Source: Phytohabitans houttuyneae
Lineage (GTDB): Bacteria > Actinomycetota > Actinomycetes > Mycobacteriales > Micromonosporaceae
Direction of reading: 5' to 3'
DNA length: 24,000 nucleotides
NCBI RefSeq assembly: GCF_011764425.1
Contig: NZ_BLPF01000002.1
Span: 410,997 to 434,996 of the forward strand
Shown here one piece after another: positions 1 through 9,969 of the stretch. The notes beneath the pieces were generated by a model. The model saw nothing but the letters and a program-made list of their open reading frames with translations, did no database searches and had not been told where the DNA came from. A program made the translations under genes and the position numbers. The number at the start of each line of letters is the position of its first letter. The first letter of the stretch is position 1.

Positions 1-1
1 G

Positions 2-883
2 TCGCTGCTGCTGGCCGGAAACAGCCGGCTCGAGCTGTCCAACCACGTGACCGGTTTCGTCGGGCCGGGCCTCGCCGGAGCGGCCATCGCCGTCGTCCGC
101 ATCCCCTATGTGCTGGTCCTGGACGCCGTCTCGTACCTGGTCTCCGCGGTGTGCCTGCTGATGATCAAAGACGCCGAGCCGGCGCCGAAGCCGTCGAACA
201 GGGCGACGCCCCGCCAGGTGCTGACCGAGATCGGCCAGGGCCTGCGCGCGCTGTTCGGCAACCGGTACCTGCGTCCGGTGATGCTGAACGCGACCGCGTA
301 CAACCTCGCCGCGCAGATGATCCTGACACTTTTCGTCCTGTACGCGACCCGGCACCTGGACATCGCGCCGGGCTGGATCGGCCTCATCTTCGCCGCCGGC
401 GCGCTCGGCGGGGTGGCCGGCGGCGCGATCATCAACCGGGCCGTCAAGCGGTACCGCTTCGGCCCGACGTTCGTGGCCAGCATGGCGATCGTTCGCGTGG
501 CGCTGCCCCTTGTGGCGCTGGTCGGCGGCGGACCGATGCCGCTGCTGGTCGGCGGGTTCGCCGCGATCTGGTTCGTCACGCTCTTCGGCCTGGTGGCATC
601 CAACGCCTGTGTCATGACGTTGCGCCAGGTCGCGGTCCCGGACGAGCTGCGAGGCCGGATGAACGCCGGCTTCCGCACCTTCTCGTTCGGGGCCATCCCG
701 GTCGGCGCGCTGCTGGCCGGCGTGCTGGCCAGCGTGATCGGCGTCCGCGAGACGATCGCCGTCGCCGCCGTCCTGGTGCCCCTGTCCCTGCTGTTCGTGG
801 TCTTCTCGCCGGTGCCGGGCATGAAGGAGGCCACGGACGCGGCTCCCCGGGACCGGCTGGAGACAGCCCCACAGGCGTCGTGA
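2..883 (+). CDS. MFS transporter, EntS/MFS_3-like exporter (5'-truncated by window edge)
   Basis: Frame 2 is open from nt 2 with no upstream stop, and ends at TGA 881-883. The sequence is hydrophobic and multi-TM, with an MFS C-terminal half pattern (...LRGRMNAGFRTFSFGAIPVGALLAGVLA...). Third codon positions are strongly G/C. The NRPS gene follows 14 nt downstream, suggesting co-transcription. Confidence 0.8.
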   Translation, partial: SLLLAGNSRLELSNHVTGFVGPGLAGAAIAVVRIPYVLVLDAVSYLVSAVCLLMIKDAEPAPKPSNRATPRQVLTEIGQGLRALFGNRYLRPVMLNATAYNLAAQMILTLFVLYATRHLDIAPGWIGLIFAAGALGGVAGGAIINRAVKRYRFGPTFVASMAIVRVALPLVALVGGGPMPLLVGGFAAIWFVTLFGLVASNACVMTLRQVAVPDELRGRMNAGFRTFSFGAIPVGALLAGVLASVIGVRETIAVAAVLVPLSLLFVVFSPVPGMKEATDAAPRDRLETAPQAS

Positions 884-897
884 GCGTTGGAGGTCGG

Positions 898-3800
898 ATG
901 ACGGCCGTCGAGGCACCCCTGTCCTTCTCCCAGGAAGGCCTCTGGCTGACGGAACAGATGTTTCCCAGCCTGCCGCAGTTCGTGTTGATGCGCGCGTTCC
1001 GGCTCCGCGGAGGCGTCGACGGGGCCGCGTTAAGCGACGCCGTCCACGCCCTGGGCGCCCGGCACGAGACACTGCGGACCAGCTTCGTGGTCGAGGATGG
1101 CCAGCCCCGGCAGCGGGTCCGTGCGGACGTGGCACCGCGGCTGGTACGCCGCGACCTGCGTGCCGAAGGCGACCCGCTGCAGGTCGCGCGCCAGATCACC
1201 GAGGACAGCGCGGCGCGCCCCTTCGACCTCGTCGCCGGCCCGCCGATGCGGGCGCTGCTGCTCCAGCTGGCCGACGACGACCACGTACTCGTGCTGGCCG
1301 CGCATCATCTCGTCATCGACCTGTGGTCGTGGCCGGCGCTGCTGGAAGACCTGTCCGAGCTCTACGCCGCCCAACGGCAGGGCCGATCGCCGAAGCTGGC
1401 CGACATCCCGATGGGCACGACGGACTACGCCCGATGGCAGCGGTCCCGCGCGGACGACCCGGAGGTGCGCGACCAGCTCGCGCATTGGCGGCGCGAGCTC
1501 GACGGCGTCCCCTCCGCGCTGTCGCTGCCGGTCGACAAGCAGCGCCAGCCCGGCCCGTCGCGCGGCGGTGGCGTGATTCACCGTCCACTGGGGCCGGACA
1601 CGCAGGCCGCGCTCGGCGCGCTCTGCAAGGCGGAGGGTGTCTCCGTGGCGATGGTCGCGCTGGCGGCACTCGGCGCCCTGCTCGCGCGGTACACCCGGGA
1701 GCCGGTGCTGACCGTCGGGCTTCCGGTGGCCGGTGACCGGCACCGCCCCGAGGTGGAACGCCTGGTCGGCATGTTCGTCAACGTGCTGCCCGCCAAGGTG
1801 GACCTGCGGCACGGCCCGACGTTCCGGGCGCTGGTGCGGCAGGCCAAGATGACCGTCTTCGACGTCCTGATCAACCAGGACGTGCCCTACGAGCTGCTGC
1901 TGCGGACCCTGCTGCCGGACAGCGCGCCGGGCGTCATGCACTACGAGCAGGTCGCGCTCAACGTGCGGCATCCGGAGCCCGACGCGTTGGCGCTCGACGG
2001 CGTCGAGGTGACCGAGTTTCCCGGCGGCCGCTGGTACCCGCCGGGTGACCTGACCCTCACCGTCGACGTCGCCGACGAGCGTACCGACATGGTGTGGATC
2101 TACGACGAGACGCTGTTCGACCCCTCGACGATCGCCGAGATGGCCGAGCAGTTCGACGCGTTGGTGAGCGACGGGCTGGCGCGGCCCGACACGCCCGTCG
2201 CCGACCTGCGCGTGGCCGCACCGCACCGGCGGGCGACGGCACCCCCGCATCCCGAGCGCGCCCCGGCGGCACCATCGCCGGCCGGTTCGCGGAGTGGGTG
2301 CGCCGCACCCCGGACGCTCTGGCGGTGACCCACGGGGAAAGCCGCTGGACCTACGCCGACCTCGACCGGCGGGCGGAGGCGATCGCGGCCGCGCTGCGCG
2401 GACTGGGCGTGCGGCGGGAGACCACCGTCGGGGTGTGCCTCGACCGCTCGCCCGACCTGATCGCCGCGTTCCTGGCCGTGCTCAAGGCCGGGGGAGCGTA
2501 CGTGCCGGTCGATCCGGAGCATCCGGCACCGCGGCGGCACGACATGCTGGCGCAGGCCGGAGCCCCGGTGGTCATCGCTGAGGCGGAGTGGGCGCCCTCC
2601 GTACCCCGGTTGGATCCGCGATCGGTCGTCGACGGGCTCGACGGGCCGGTCCCGCTGCCGCCCCAGGGCCGCCGGACGCGCTGGCGTACGTCATGTTCAC
2701 GTCCGGCTCGACCGGGCGGCCGAAGGGCGTGGCGATCACCCACCGGGGCGTGCTCGGGCTCGTCGTGGACACCAACTACGTCACGGTGTCCACCACCGAC
2801 CGCGTCGCGATGACCAGCGGCGTCAGCTCCGACCTCATCACCTTCGAGATCTGGGGACCCCTGCTCAACGGCGCGAGCGTGCACATCGTCGATCGGGACG
2901 TGCTGCTGTCCCCTCGCGAGTTCGCCCGGCACCTCAGCGTCCACGGCGTCACGGTCATGTCGGTGGCGGCCGCCGTCGTCAACCACGGCGCGTACCTCGA
3001 ACCCCTCGCCGAGGTGCCCACCTTGCGCACCCTCCACTTTGGAGGAGAAGCCGGGAGCCCTGCCTCGGCACGCGCGCTCCTGGAGGCCGGCCTGCGCGCG
3101 TCCCTCCTGCACACCTATGGGCCCACCGAGACCACGATGCTGGCCACCTTCGCGCGGCTCACCGAGGTGCGCCCCGACCGGATCCGGCTTCCGATCGGGT
3201 ACCCCGTGTCGGCCACCGAGGTCTACGTGATGGACGAGTGGCTGCGTCCACTCCCGCCCGGCATGCCCGGTGAGATCTGCGTCGCCGGCGACCGCCTCGC
3301 CCGCGGGTACCTGGGGCGGCCGGCGCTGACCGCGGAACGCTTTTGCCCGAACCCGGTTCCAGGTCGCGCCGGGCAGCTGATGTACCGGACCGGCGACCTC
3401 GGGCGGCTGCTGGCGGACGGGCAGCTCGAAGTGCTGGGACGGTCCGACCGGCAGGTCAAGATCCGCGGCTTCCGGGTCGAACCCGCCGAGGTGGAGCAGG
3501 CACTGGTCGACGCGCCGCAGGTCGCCCAGGCCACGGTGGTCGCCCGGGCCGACGAGGGGCCGTTGCGCCTGATCGGGTACGTGACGGCGATGCCGGGCGA
3601 GCGCGTGTCCGTCCACAAGCTGCGCGAGGAGCTGAGCCGCCGCCTGCCCGGCTACCTGGTGCCTTCCGCGCTCGTCGTGCTGCCCGAGCTGCCCCTGACC
3701 GCCTCCGGAAAGGTCGACCAGCGCGCGCTGCCGCCGCCGCCGGACGAGTCCTCGCTGGCGGGCGCGAGGCTTCATCACCCGCTCGACCCGCGCGAGCGCA

Positions 3801-4738
3801 CGGTCGCGAGCGCCATGGCGGAGCTGCTCGGGCTGCCCGCCGTCGGCCGCGACGACAACTTCTTCGCCCTCGGCGGCCATTCGCTGCTCGCCGTCCAGCT
3901 CGTCGACGTGCTGCACCGCCGTGGCCTCGACGTACCGATGGTGCGGCTGCTGGCACACCCGACCGTGGCCGGGCTGGCGCGCGTGGACGGTCCGATCGCG
4001 ACGGAGCAGCCCGTGCTCGTGCTCGTGCACGGCGGCGGGGGAGGCGTGGGCGCGTACGTGTCGTTGCTCGCCGAGGTCCGCGACCGCTACCGGTGCGTGC
4101 TGGTCGAGGCGCGCGAGGCGCGCGGCCTGTCCGTCACCGCGCTCGCCGCCGGCTACGTCGAGCAGGTGCGCGCGGAGCTGTCCGGACCGGTGGCCGCCTT
4201 CGCCGGCTGGTCCGTCGGCGGGCTCGTCGCGCTGGAGATGGCGCGCCAGTGGCAGCGGGAAAGCGGGACGCGCGCTCCCGTGCTGATGGTCGACACCTGG
4301 CCGGGTGCGCCGCCCGAGGCCGGGCGGGGCAACGCGCTGGCCTCATTCGTCTACGACCTGGCCACCAGCGCGGGAGTGCGGCCGCCGGCCCTCCCGGACG
4401 GCGAGGCGGATCCGGGCCGGGCGCTGGCGGCCGTGCTGGACGAGCTCCGACCCCTTCCCGGCTTCGGGCGGCTCGACGTGGACCAGCTGGTGGAGCGCTT
4501 CGCGCTGTTCCGCGCGCTGTCGGAGGCGGTCACGGCCCATCGCCCGCACCCCTACGACGGCCCGGTCACCCTGGTCGAGGCCGCCGGCTCGCCGTCCAAG
4601 GAGACCCTGTGGGCGCCGCTGTGCCCGGCGCTGCGCGCCACCACCCTGCCCGGCGACCACTACACGGTGCTCCGCGAGTCGGCCCCCGCACTCGCCGACA
4701 TCGGCGCGGCGCTGCTCGCCCGGCCCGACGTCCCCTGA
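898..4738 (+). CDS. Non-ribosomal peptide synthetase, single terminating module C-A-T-TE. Split over three frames as assembled (two 1-nt frame breaks), so pipelines would flag it as frameshifted.
   Basis: RBS GGAGG (889-893) precedes ATG 898.
- Frame 1, 898 to ~2262: condensation domain (LSFSQEGLWL; HHLVID at 1303-1320).
- Frame 3, ~2262 to ~2668: N-terminal part of the adenylation domain (FAEWVRRTPDALAV, LKAGGAYVPVDP).
- Frame 2, ~2668 to 4738: AYVMFTSGSTGRPKG, HTYGPTE, YRTGDL, GRSDRQVKIRGFRVE, PLTASGKVD.
- Carrier domain FFALGGHSLL, Ser codon 3881-3883.
- Thioesterase GWSVGG, Ser codon 4211-4213, plus GDHYTVL.
- Stop at 4736-4738.

The frame breaks lie at 2242-2264 and 2661-2675. Adding one base in a C/G run repairs each, giving ...ERAPGGTIAGRF... 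and ...PLPPQGPPDALAYV... Confidence 0.9.
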
Positions 4739-4870
4739 GCGGATCCGTCGTGGCTGCCATCCGCTCCATCGCCGCGGCGGGCCTCGCCACCGCGCTCGTG
4801 GCACGGCGCACACGGCGACGGGGAAGCAGACCGGCGGCGGCACGACAAGGGCGATCGACCGCATGGTCGC

Positions 4871-7800
4871 TCAGCCCATCGGCACCTGGACGGCCAGCAG
4901 GGCGCCGCGGCGCACCAGCAGGGCCCGGCCGGGTGGCCAGCCGCCGGCGGTTGAGCGGGACAGCTTGATGTCGAACACCTCACCGTCCACATACGACTGC
5001 GGGTTGAGCAGCAGGCCGCACCGCGCGCGCCGCATCGCCGCGAGCCAACCCCGGTAGCGCTGCAGCATCAGGTCTTCGGTGGTGCCCGCCGCGATGACGA
5101 GTCCACCGCTGTCGCGGGCCGTGCGGGTCAGGCGCTCCAGGGTGTCGGCGGCCAGCCCGTCGCCGAGCAGTTCGGCGTCGTCGACCACGACTGCCACCGG
5201 CCCACCGGCCGCCTGCTCCAGGGCGTCGTCCAGTTCCATGGAGGGCTCGCTGCCGCGCAGCACGGCGAGCACCCCGGCCCGACCGGCCAGGTCCGCCAGC
5301 GGCGACGGGCGGGGCAGCAGACGATGGTCGGCAGCCCGCGGGCGAGCGATCCGACGACCGCGGCCAGCGCGGTGCTGCGGCCGGAGCGGGCGGGGCCGGA
5401 GACGAGGAAGAGCGAGCCGGCCTCGGCCAGGTCGACATGCACCGGTGCGAGGTGGTCGCCGCCGGCGCCGACCGTACAGGTGGTCGGCGACCCGGGCGGC
5501 GTCCCGCTGCCCAGCGCGGCAAGCTCCGCCACGGTGATGGCCAGCGGGAGCGGGTCCACCCGGTGCGGCAGCCGCCCGCGGTCGAGCCCGTCCCACCGGG
5601 CGCGAAGCGAGGCGGCCAGCGCCTCGACCGCACCGGACTGCGCCGCGCCGTCCGGGTCGGGGGCGAGCAGCGCCAGCTGCACCTCGGCGCCGGACGGCAC
5701 GACGACAGCGCGACCGGCGGGCATCGCGCGCGGCGCCTCGCGCGGGTCGGCGCCGAAGACGGCCAGGTCGTCCGGCTCGGCCTGGCGCAGCAGCAGCCGG
5801 GTGGCGACGGCGCTGGCCAGGCGGTGGTTGAAGCCGGACCGGTCGGTGGTGAGCACCGTGAGGACGCCGGCGGCGGGGCCGCGGCGGAGCAAGCCGTCGA
5901 GGGTCTCGACGAGCCGGCCGCCGTCGGTCTCGGTGTGCTGGGACAGGAACGTCTCGTACCTGTCCAGCAGCAGCACCAGGTAGGGCAGCCGGTCCGGTGG
6001 CGCGGCGGCGGCGCGCTGCTCGCGCACGGAGGAGTACCCGCCGGCGGAGAGGACGCCGGCGCGCCGGCCGATCTCGGCGGTGAGCAGGTCGAGCAGGCGC
6101 TCCGCGCGATCCTGCTCGTCGCCGTCGACGCAGGCGCCGCAGTGCGGCAGCGCCGCCAGCGAGGCCAGCGCGCGGTTGCCGTAGTCGAGGGCGTACAGGT
6201 GCACGTCGGCCGGGCTGGAACGGGCGGCGAGCGCGGCCGCGAGCGTGCGCAGCGCGGTGGAGCGCCCGGTGCGCGACATGCCCGCGACCGCCACCGCCCC
6301 GGCCTCCTCCACGTCGAGCACGAACGGGCGCTGCGCCTGCTCGTGCGGGTGATCGGCGAGCCCGATCGGCGCGGCGACGGTCGCGTCGCCGCCTCCGTCA
6401 CCCAGGGAGGCGAGCGTGACCCGGGACGGCAGCGGTGGCAGCCAAGGGCTGGGCGGGGCGGCCACCTTGATCCGCTCGGCCGCGCCACGGACGGCGGCGA
6501 CCAGGGCGGTCAGGTCGGTGGGACCGGCGTACCCCAGGTCGGGGCCCGAGGTGACCTGTCGAGCCGGCCGGCCAAGGTCGGTGACCAGGCGCGGGGTGAC
6601 CCGGATCGTGTCCACTCTGGACGTGTCGGGCTGCCGCGGCCAGCCGACCCGCGCACACTGCACGAGCGCGAGGTCGCTGTGTCCGGTACGCAGATAGGCG
6701 CGGCCGGGGTGCAGCCGGGAGATGCGCGCGGCGTCGGGCACGTCGACCACGTCGGCGCTCTCCTCACCGCGGGTGACCCGCAGGCAGAGCCGCAGGTTGA
6801 CGTTCGCCCGGATCTCCGCGTTGACCACGCCGCCCGGGCGCTGCGTGGCGAGCACCACGTGCACGCCGAGGCTGCGGCCGCGCATGCCGATGCCGACCAC
6901 GCCGGTCACGAACTCGGGCACCTCCTCGACAAGCGTGGCGAACTCGTCGACCACGATCACCAGCCGCGGCAGGCGGCCGCCGGTACGGGCCCAGTAGTCC
7001 TCGATGTCCTTGGCGCCGGCGCCGGCCAGGATGGTTTCGCGGCGGCGCAGCTCGGCGGAGAGCGAGGCGAGGGCGCGGCCGGCGAGGTGGCCGTCGAGGT
7101 CGGTCACCATGCCCACGCAGTGCGGCAGGTCGGCGCACTCGGCGAACGCGCTGCCGCCCTTGTAGTCCACCAGCACGAGGTTGAGCGCGTCCGGCGTGTT
7201 GCCGAGCGCGAGGCCGGCGACCAGCGTCTGGAGCAGCTCGGACTTTCCGGCGCCGCTGGTACCCGCGATGAGCGCGTGCGGCCCGTCCCGCCGCAGGTCC
7301 ACAGTGACCGGTCCGGACGCACCCGCGCCCAGGAGCACGTCGGTGCGGCGCCCGCCCGGCCGCGCGGCCCAGCGCGCCGCGACTGCCTCCGGCGTGGGGT
7401 CCGGCCCGAGGCCGGCAAGGTCGAGGTAGCGCACGCGGTCGGGCAGGTCGCCGCCTTCGCCGAGGGGTGCGCCGAGGACGCGCACCGGCGCGAGCGCCCG
7501 CGCCACGCCCGCGGCCAGGTCCGCCGGGAGCCCGTCCGCGAGTACGTCCTCGATCGCGCCGCCCGGCCGGCGGACCCGGACCAGGGCGCCGGACGGGTCG
7601 GTGGCCACGACGGTGGCCCGGCACTCGTCCGGCAGGTTGGCCTCGGCGGTGTCCAGGCAGAGCGCGTACACGCCGAGGGCGGGGCCGGCGCGGAGCAGGT
7701 CGGCCAGGCCGGGCAGGCCGCGCAGCCGCCGGGCACCGTCGAGGACGACGAGCAGGCGCCGCCCCAGTGGCCGTTCACGCAGGTCCGCGTGCTGGTCGCC

Positions 7801-9190
7801 GGCGCGTTCGTCGAGGATCCGGCGCAGCTCGGCGATGCGCGCCTCGGCCTGCTCGCGGTCGGTCGCCACCATGCGCCGGCAGGCGAGGTCGGCGCGGTGC
7901 GGCAGCGTGTGCGGCAGCCAGGTGGCCCACTCCCAGTCGGGCGCCTCGTCAACACCGGTGAAGATGACGACGCCGAGGTCGTGCGGTGCGTGCAGGGCGG
8001 CCGCCTGGCCGATCAGGGCGCGAGCGGCGGCCAGGTGCGCCGGTCGCGGGCCGGCGACCCCGATCACGCCTTCGCCGGCGAGGTCCACGGCCACCGGTAC
8101 GGCGTACACCGTCGGCGGCTTCTCCTGCGCGGCGCCCGGGCCGCTGAGGCGCACGTCCGCCGGCCGGTCCGCCAGCCCCACCCGCAGCCGGCCGAAGTCG
8201 CCGTCCGCCGGCCTGCGCTCGAAGAGGCGGCCGGTCGGGCCGGTCGCGATCCGTACCACCGCCGCGGGGTCGGGCAGCGCCTCCCGCGTGGTGATCTCCT
8301 CGGCGACCGCCAGCTGCGCGAGCTGCTGGCGGACGGCGGCCAGCTCCGCCTGGTACGCCGCCAGCTTCTCCCGGTACTCGCCGCGGCCGCTGCGCCGCTC
8401 GGTGATCACATGCGCGATCGCCATCAGCGGCGAGAAGGCGAGGAAGACAAGGTAGAACAGGGAGTTCGGGAGCAGGACGTAGATAACGCCGGCCAGCAGC
8501 AGCGGCAGCAGCACGGTGGCCAGCGGAAACCGGAACCCGCGGGGGCGCTCCGGCTCGGCGGGCACGGTCAGCTCGGGCCGGCGGTGGGGCGGCACGATCC
8601 GCGGTGGGCGGTTGAACCGGTACCCACCCTGGGCCGGACCGGGCTCCAGCCGTGCGTCCGCCGGTGCCCGCTGCCGTACCGCCACCGCCGACCCGCCGAG
8701 CCGCACCACCTCACCGCCGCCCAGCGCCGTGTCCCCGTGCACCCGGTAGCCGCGCAGCTCGGTCCCGTTGCGCGAGCCCGGGTCGACAAGGGTCACCGTG
8801 CCGTCGCCCCGGTGCGGATCTCGGCGTGCGCGCGGCTCACCTCCGGATCGTCGAGTACGAGGCTGCAGCCGGCCCCCGACCGAGCAGCAGTGAGCCGCCG
8901 GCTTCCCGGACGGGCACGCTGGCACCGCCGGAAAGCCCCCGACGACGGCCACCTCGCACGCCACGCCCGCCGGCCACAGGTCCACAGTGGACTCCGGTCC
9001 GAGTGAGAGCTGGACGCCGGGCGCCAGCCCCGCGCCGGCCAGCAGCCGGCCCCCGGCAGCGCCTCGCCGGCCAGAAACAGCGACCCCCGAGCGCGCCCCC
9101 GAGTGCGCCCGCCGTCGCGCCCTCACCCGCCTCGATCAGCACAGGGCGGGTACGCCCCTGCCGGTCGACGACCGTTACCTCGTACTCCAT
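4871..9190 (-). CDS. T7SS-type FtsK/SpoIIIE ATPase (EssC/EccC-like): N-terminal beta-grasp-like region, FHA domain, 2 TM segments and 3 P-loop domains. Six 1-nt frame breaks as assembled.
   Basis: ATG at 9190 gives MEYEVTVVDRQGRTRPVLIEAGEGATAGALGGALGG.

Reading across frames at the C/G runs 9084-9088, 9050-9054, 8936-8940, 8873-8877 and 8807-8810 gives ...SLFLAGEALPGGRLLAGAGLAPGVQLSLGPES...GGSLLLGRGAGCSLVLDDPEVSRAHAEIRTGGDGTVTLVDPGSRNGTELRGYRV. This contains a canonical FHA signature (GR, SRxHA, GSxNGT).

The TM pair is FPLATVLLPLLLAGVIYVLLPNSLFYLVFLAFSPLMAIAHVI.

Walker A motifs:
- GTSGAGKS (7240-7263), with VVDEF as Walker B.
- GMSRTGRST (~6256-6282).
- GPARSGRST (~5368-5400).

A sixth break at 5311-5314 joins the 1332-aa ORF (5128..9126) to the true C-terminus in ORF 4871..5596 (...GLPTIVCCPRPSPLADLAGRAGVLAVLRGSEPSMELDDALEQ...VQVPMG*). 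Confidence 0.85.
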
Positions 9191-9200
9191 CGCGCGTGAC

Positions 9201-9551
9201 TCAGTGCGCGAAGTCGATCGCTTCGGTGTCGCGGGCGTGCGCGTGCATCGCCGCTTCGGCGTCCTTGAGCGCCGCCCGCAGCCGCTCCAGCACCGGCGTG
9301 AAGTCGGTCATGGCCTGCTGCATGCGCTGCATGTTCGGGCGGAACTCGCCCTCCCACAGGTTGTCGAACGACGTGGCCCGCCTGCCCTTCCAGTCCATGC
9401 CCTTCACGCCGGCGGTGAGCGTGGCGATCATTCCTTGCATGCGGTGGATGCTCGAGTTCATGTCGCGGATCAGGGCCGTCGTCTCCACGTCGGCCTGTTG
9501 CCCGAACTTGCGCCCCAACTCGTTGGCTTGCGCCGGATCGAGCTGATACAT
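9201..9551 (-). CDS. WXG100-family (Esx-like) small secreted protein, 116 aa
   Basis: ATG 9551 is preceded by RBS AAGGGAGA. The size (~100 aa) and predicted helix-turn-helix layout fit the family, with a central W-x-G (GMDWKGRRATSF). The N-terminus MYQLDPAQANELG resembles Esx proteins. The gene ends 10 nt upstream of the EssC-like ATPase start on the same strand. Confidence 0.8.
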   Translation of the reverse strand: MYQLDPAQANELGRKFGQQADVETTALIRDMNSSIHRMQGMIATLTAGVKGMDWKGRRATSFDNLWEGEFRPNMQRMQQAMTDFTPVLERLRAALKDAEAAMHAHARDTEAIDFAH

Positions 9552-9591
9552 GGGTCATCTCCCTTCGGAACCGGTCACCGGACGCTAGAAC

Positions 9592-9610
9592 GGCGTCCAC
9601 GTAGGACGCC
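9592..9610. promoter_or_regulatory. Perfect 7-bp-arm inverted repeat, GGCGTCC-acgta-GGACGCC, in the 75-bp divergent intergenic region. Candidate operator or 5'-UTR hairpin.
   Basis: Read directly: GGCGTCC at 9592-9598 and GGACGCC at 9604-9610. A third half-site, GGACGC at 9580-9585, can pair alternatively with 9593-9598. The repeat lies between the minus-strand WXG100 start (9551) and the plus-strand WXG-like start (9627). Its function is inferred only. Confidence 0.3.
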
Positions 9611-9626
9611 ATCGGAAGGGCTTCCG

Positions 9627-9968
9627 ATGTCGCCGGCCGCCCGATGCGAATACCTTGCGGCCATGGCGGCTCTCACGTCCTGGCAGAAACTCGACGACCT
9701 GGCCGGTGTGCTGGAACGGCAGGCCGGCGCGCTCGACGACGTGCTCGCGCGGCTGCGGCGTGAGCACGAGGCCAGCCGCGCCTACTGGCGCGGCGCCGCC
9801 GGCGACACATTTCGCAACCACACCGGCCCGGCACATCGCCAGCACCACCTGGAGGTGGCCAGCGCCCGGCTGCGGCGCGCGGCCCGGCTCGCCCGCGCCG
9901 CCGCCGAGGAGAACCGGCAGCGCGCCACCGGCCATCCGCCCGTGGTCACGGGTGGGGGAGAGTGCTGA
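9627..9968 (+). CDS. WXG100-like small helical protein, 113 aa
   Basis: RBS GGAAGGG (9614-9620) precedes ATG 9627. The W-x-G motif is central (SRAYWRGAAGDTF), flanked by Ala/Arg/Leu-rich segments that look helical. The stop at 9966-9968 lies 1 nt before the next gene's ATG. The gene is transcribed divergently from the WXG100/EssC-like pair. Confidence 0.6.
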   Translation: MSPAARCEYLAAMAALTSWQKLDDLAGVLERQAGALDDVLARLRREHEASRAYWRGAAGDTFRNHTGPAHRQHHLEVASARLRRAARLARAAAEENRQRATGHPPVVTGGGEC

Positions 9969-9969
9969 G

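Noticed and set aside
151-897. An N-terminal 249-aa extension of ORF 151..2328, overlapping the MFS gene
   Set aside because: The extension is out of frame with the MFS gene and is Arg/Pro/Gly-rich nonsense. The condensation domain begins at ATG 898, right after a GGAGG RBS and the MFS stop.
4739-4764. A hairpin, GCGGAT-(14 nt)-ATCCGC, right after the NRPS stop, as a terminator
   Set aside because: The stem is only 6 bp, the loop is large and there is no U-tract. This is too weak to call. The same applies to GGGAA-actg-TTCCC at 17730-17743, downstream of the FHA-HTH gene.
5437-9006. A 1189-aa plus-strand ORF, and similar long ORFs at 2351..4030 (-), 10391..11998 (-), 14649..16637 (+), 21538..23994 (-), 6764..7955 (-) and 3343..4968 (+)
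   Set aside because: These are antisense or off-frame shadow ORFs, typical of very GC-rich DNA. Their products are Arg/Gly/Pro/Ala-rich low-complexity strings with no motifs. The opposite or alternate frame in each case carries unmistakable domain signatures: FtsK P-loops, NRPS core motifs, PASTA repeats and the transglutaminase core.
5128-9126. Treating the frame-broken genes (NRPS, ATPase, PASTA protein, kinase) as true pseudogenes, or the C/G runs as phase-variable contingency tracts
   Set aside because: All 11 breaks are the same kind (one base short in a 3-5 nt C/G run), and the genes are otherwise undamaged. Expressing the ATPase would need six tracts to switch at once, which is implausible as phase variation. 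Runs this short are poor slippage substrates. Technical error is the simpler explanation, although only accurate reads can settle it.
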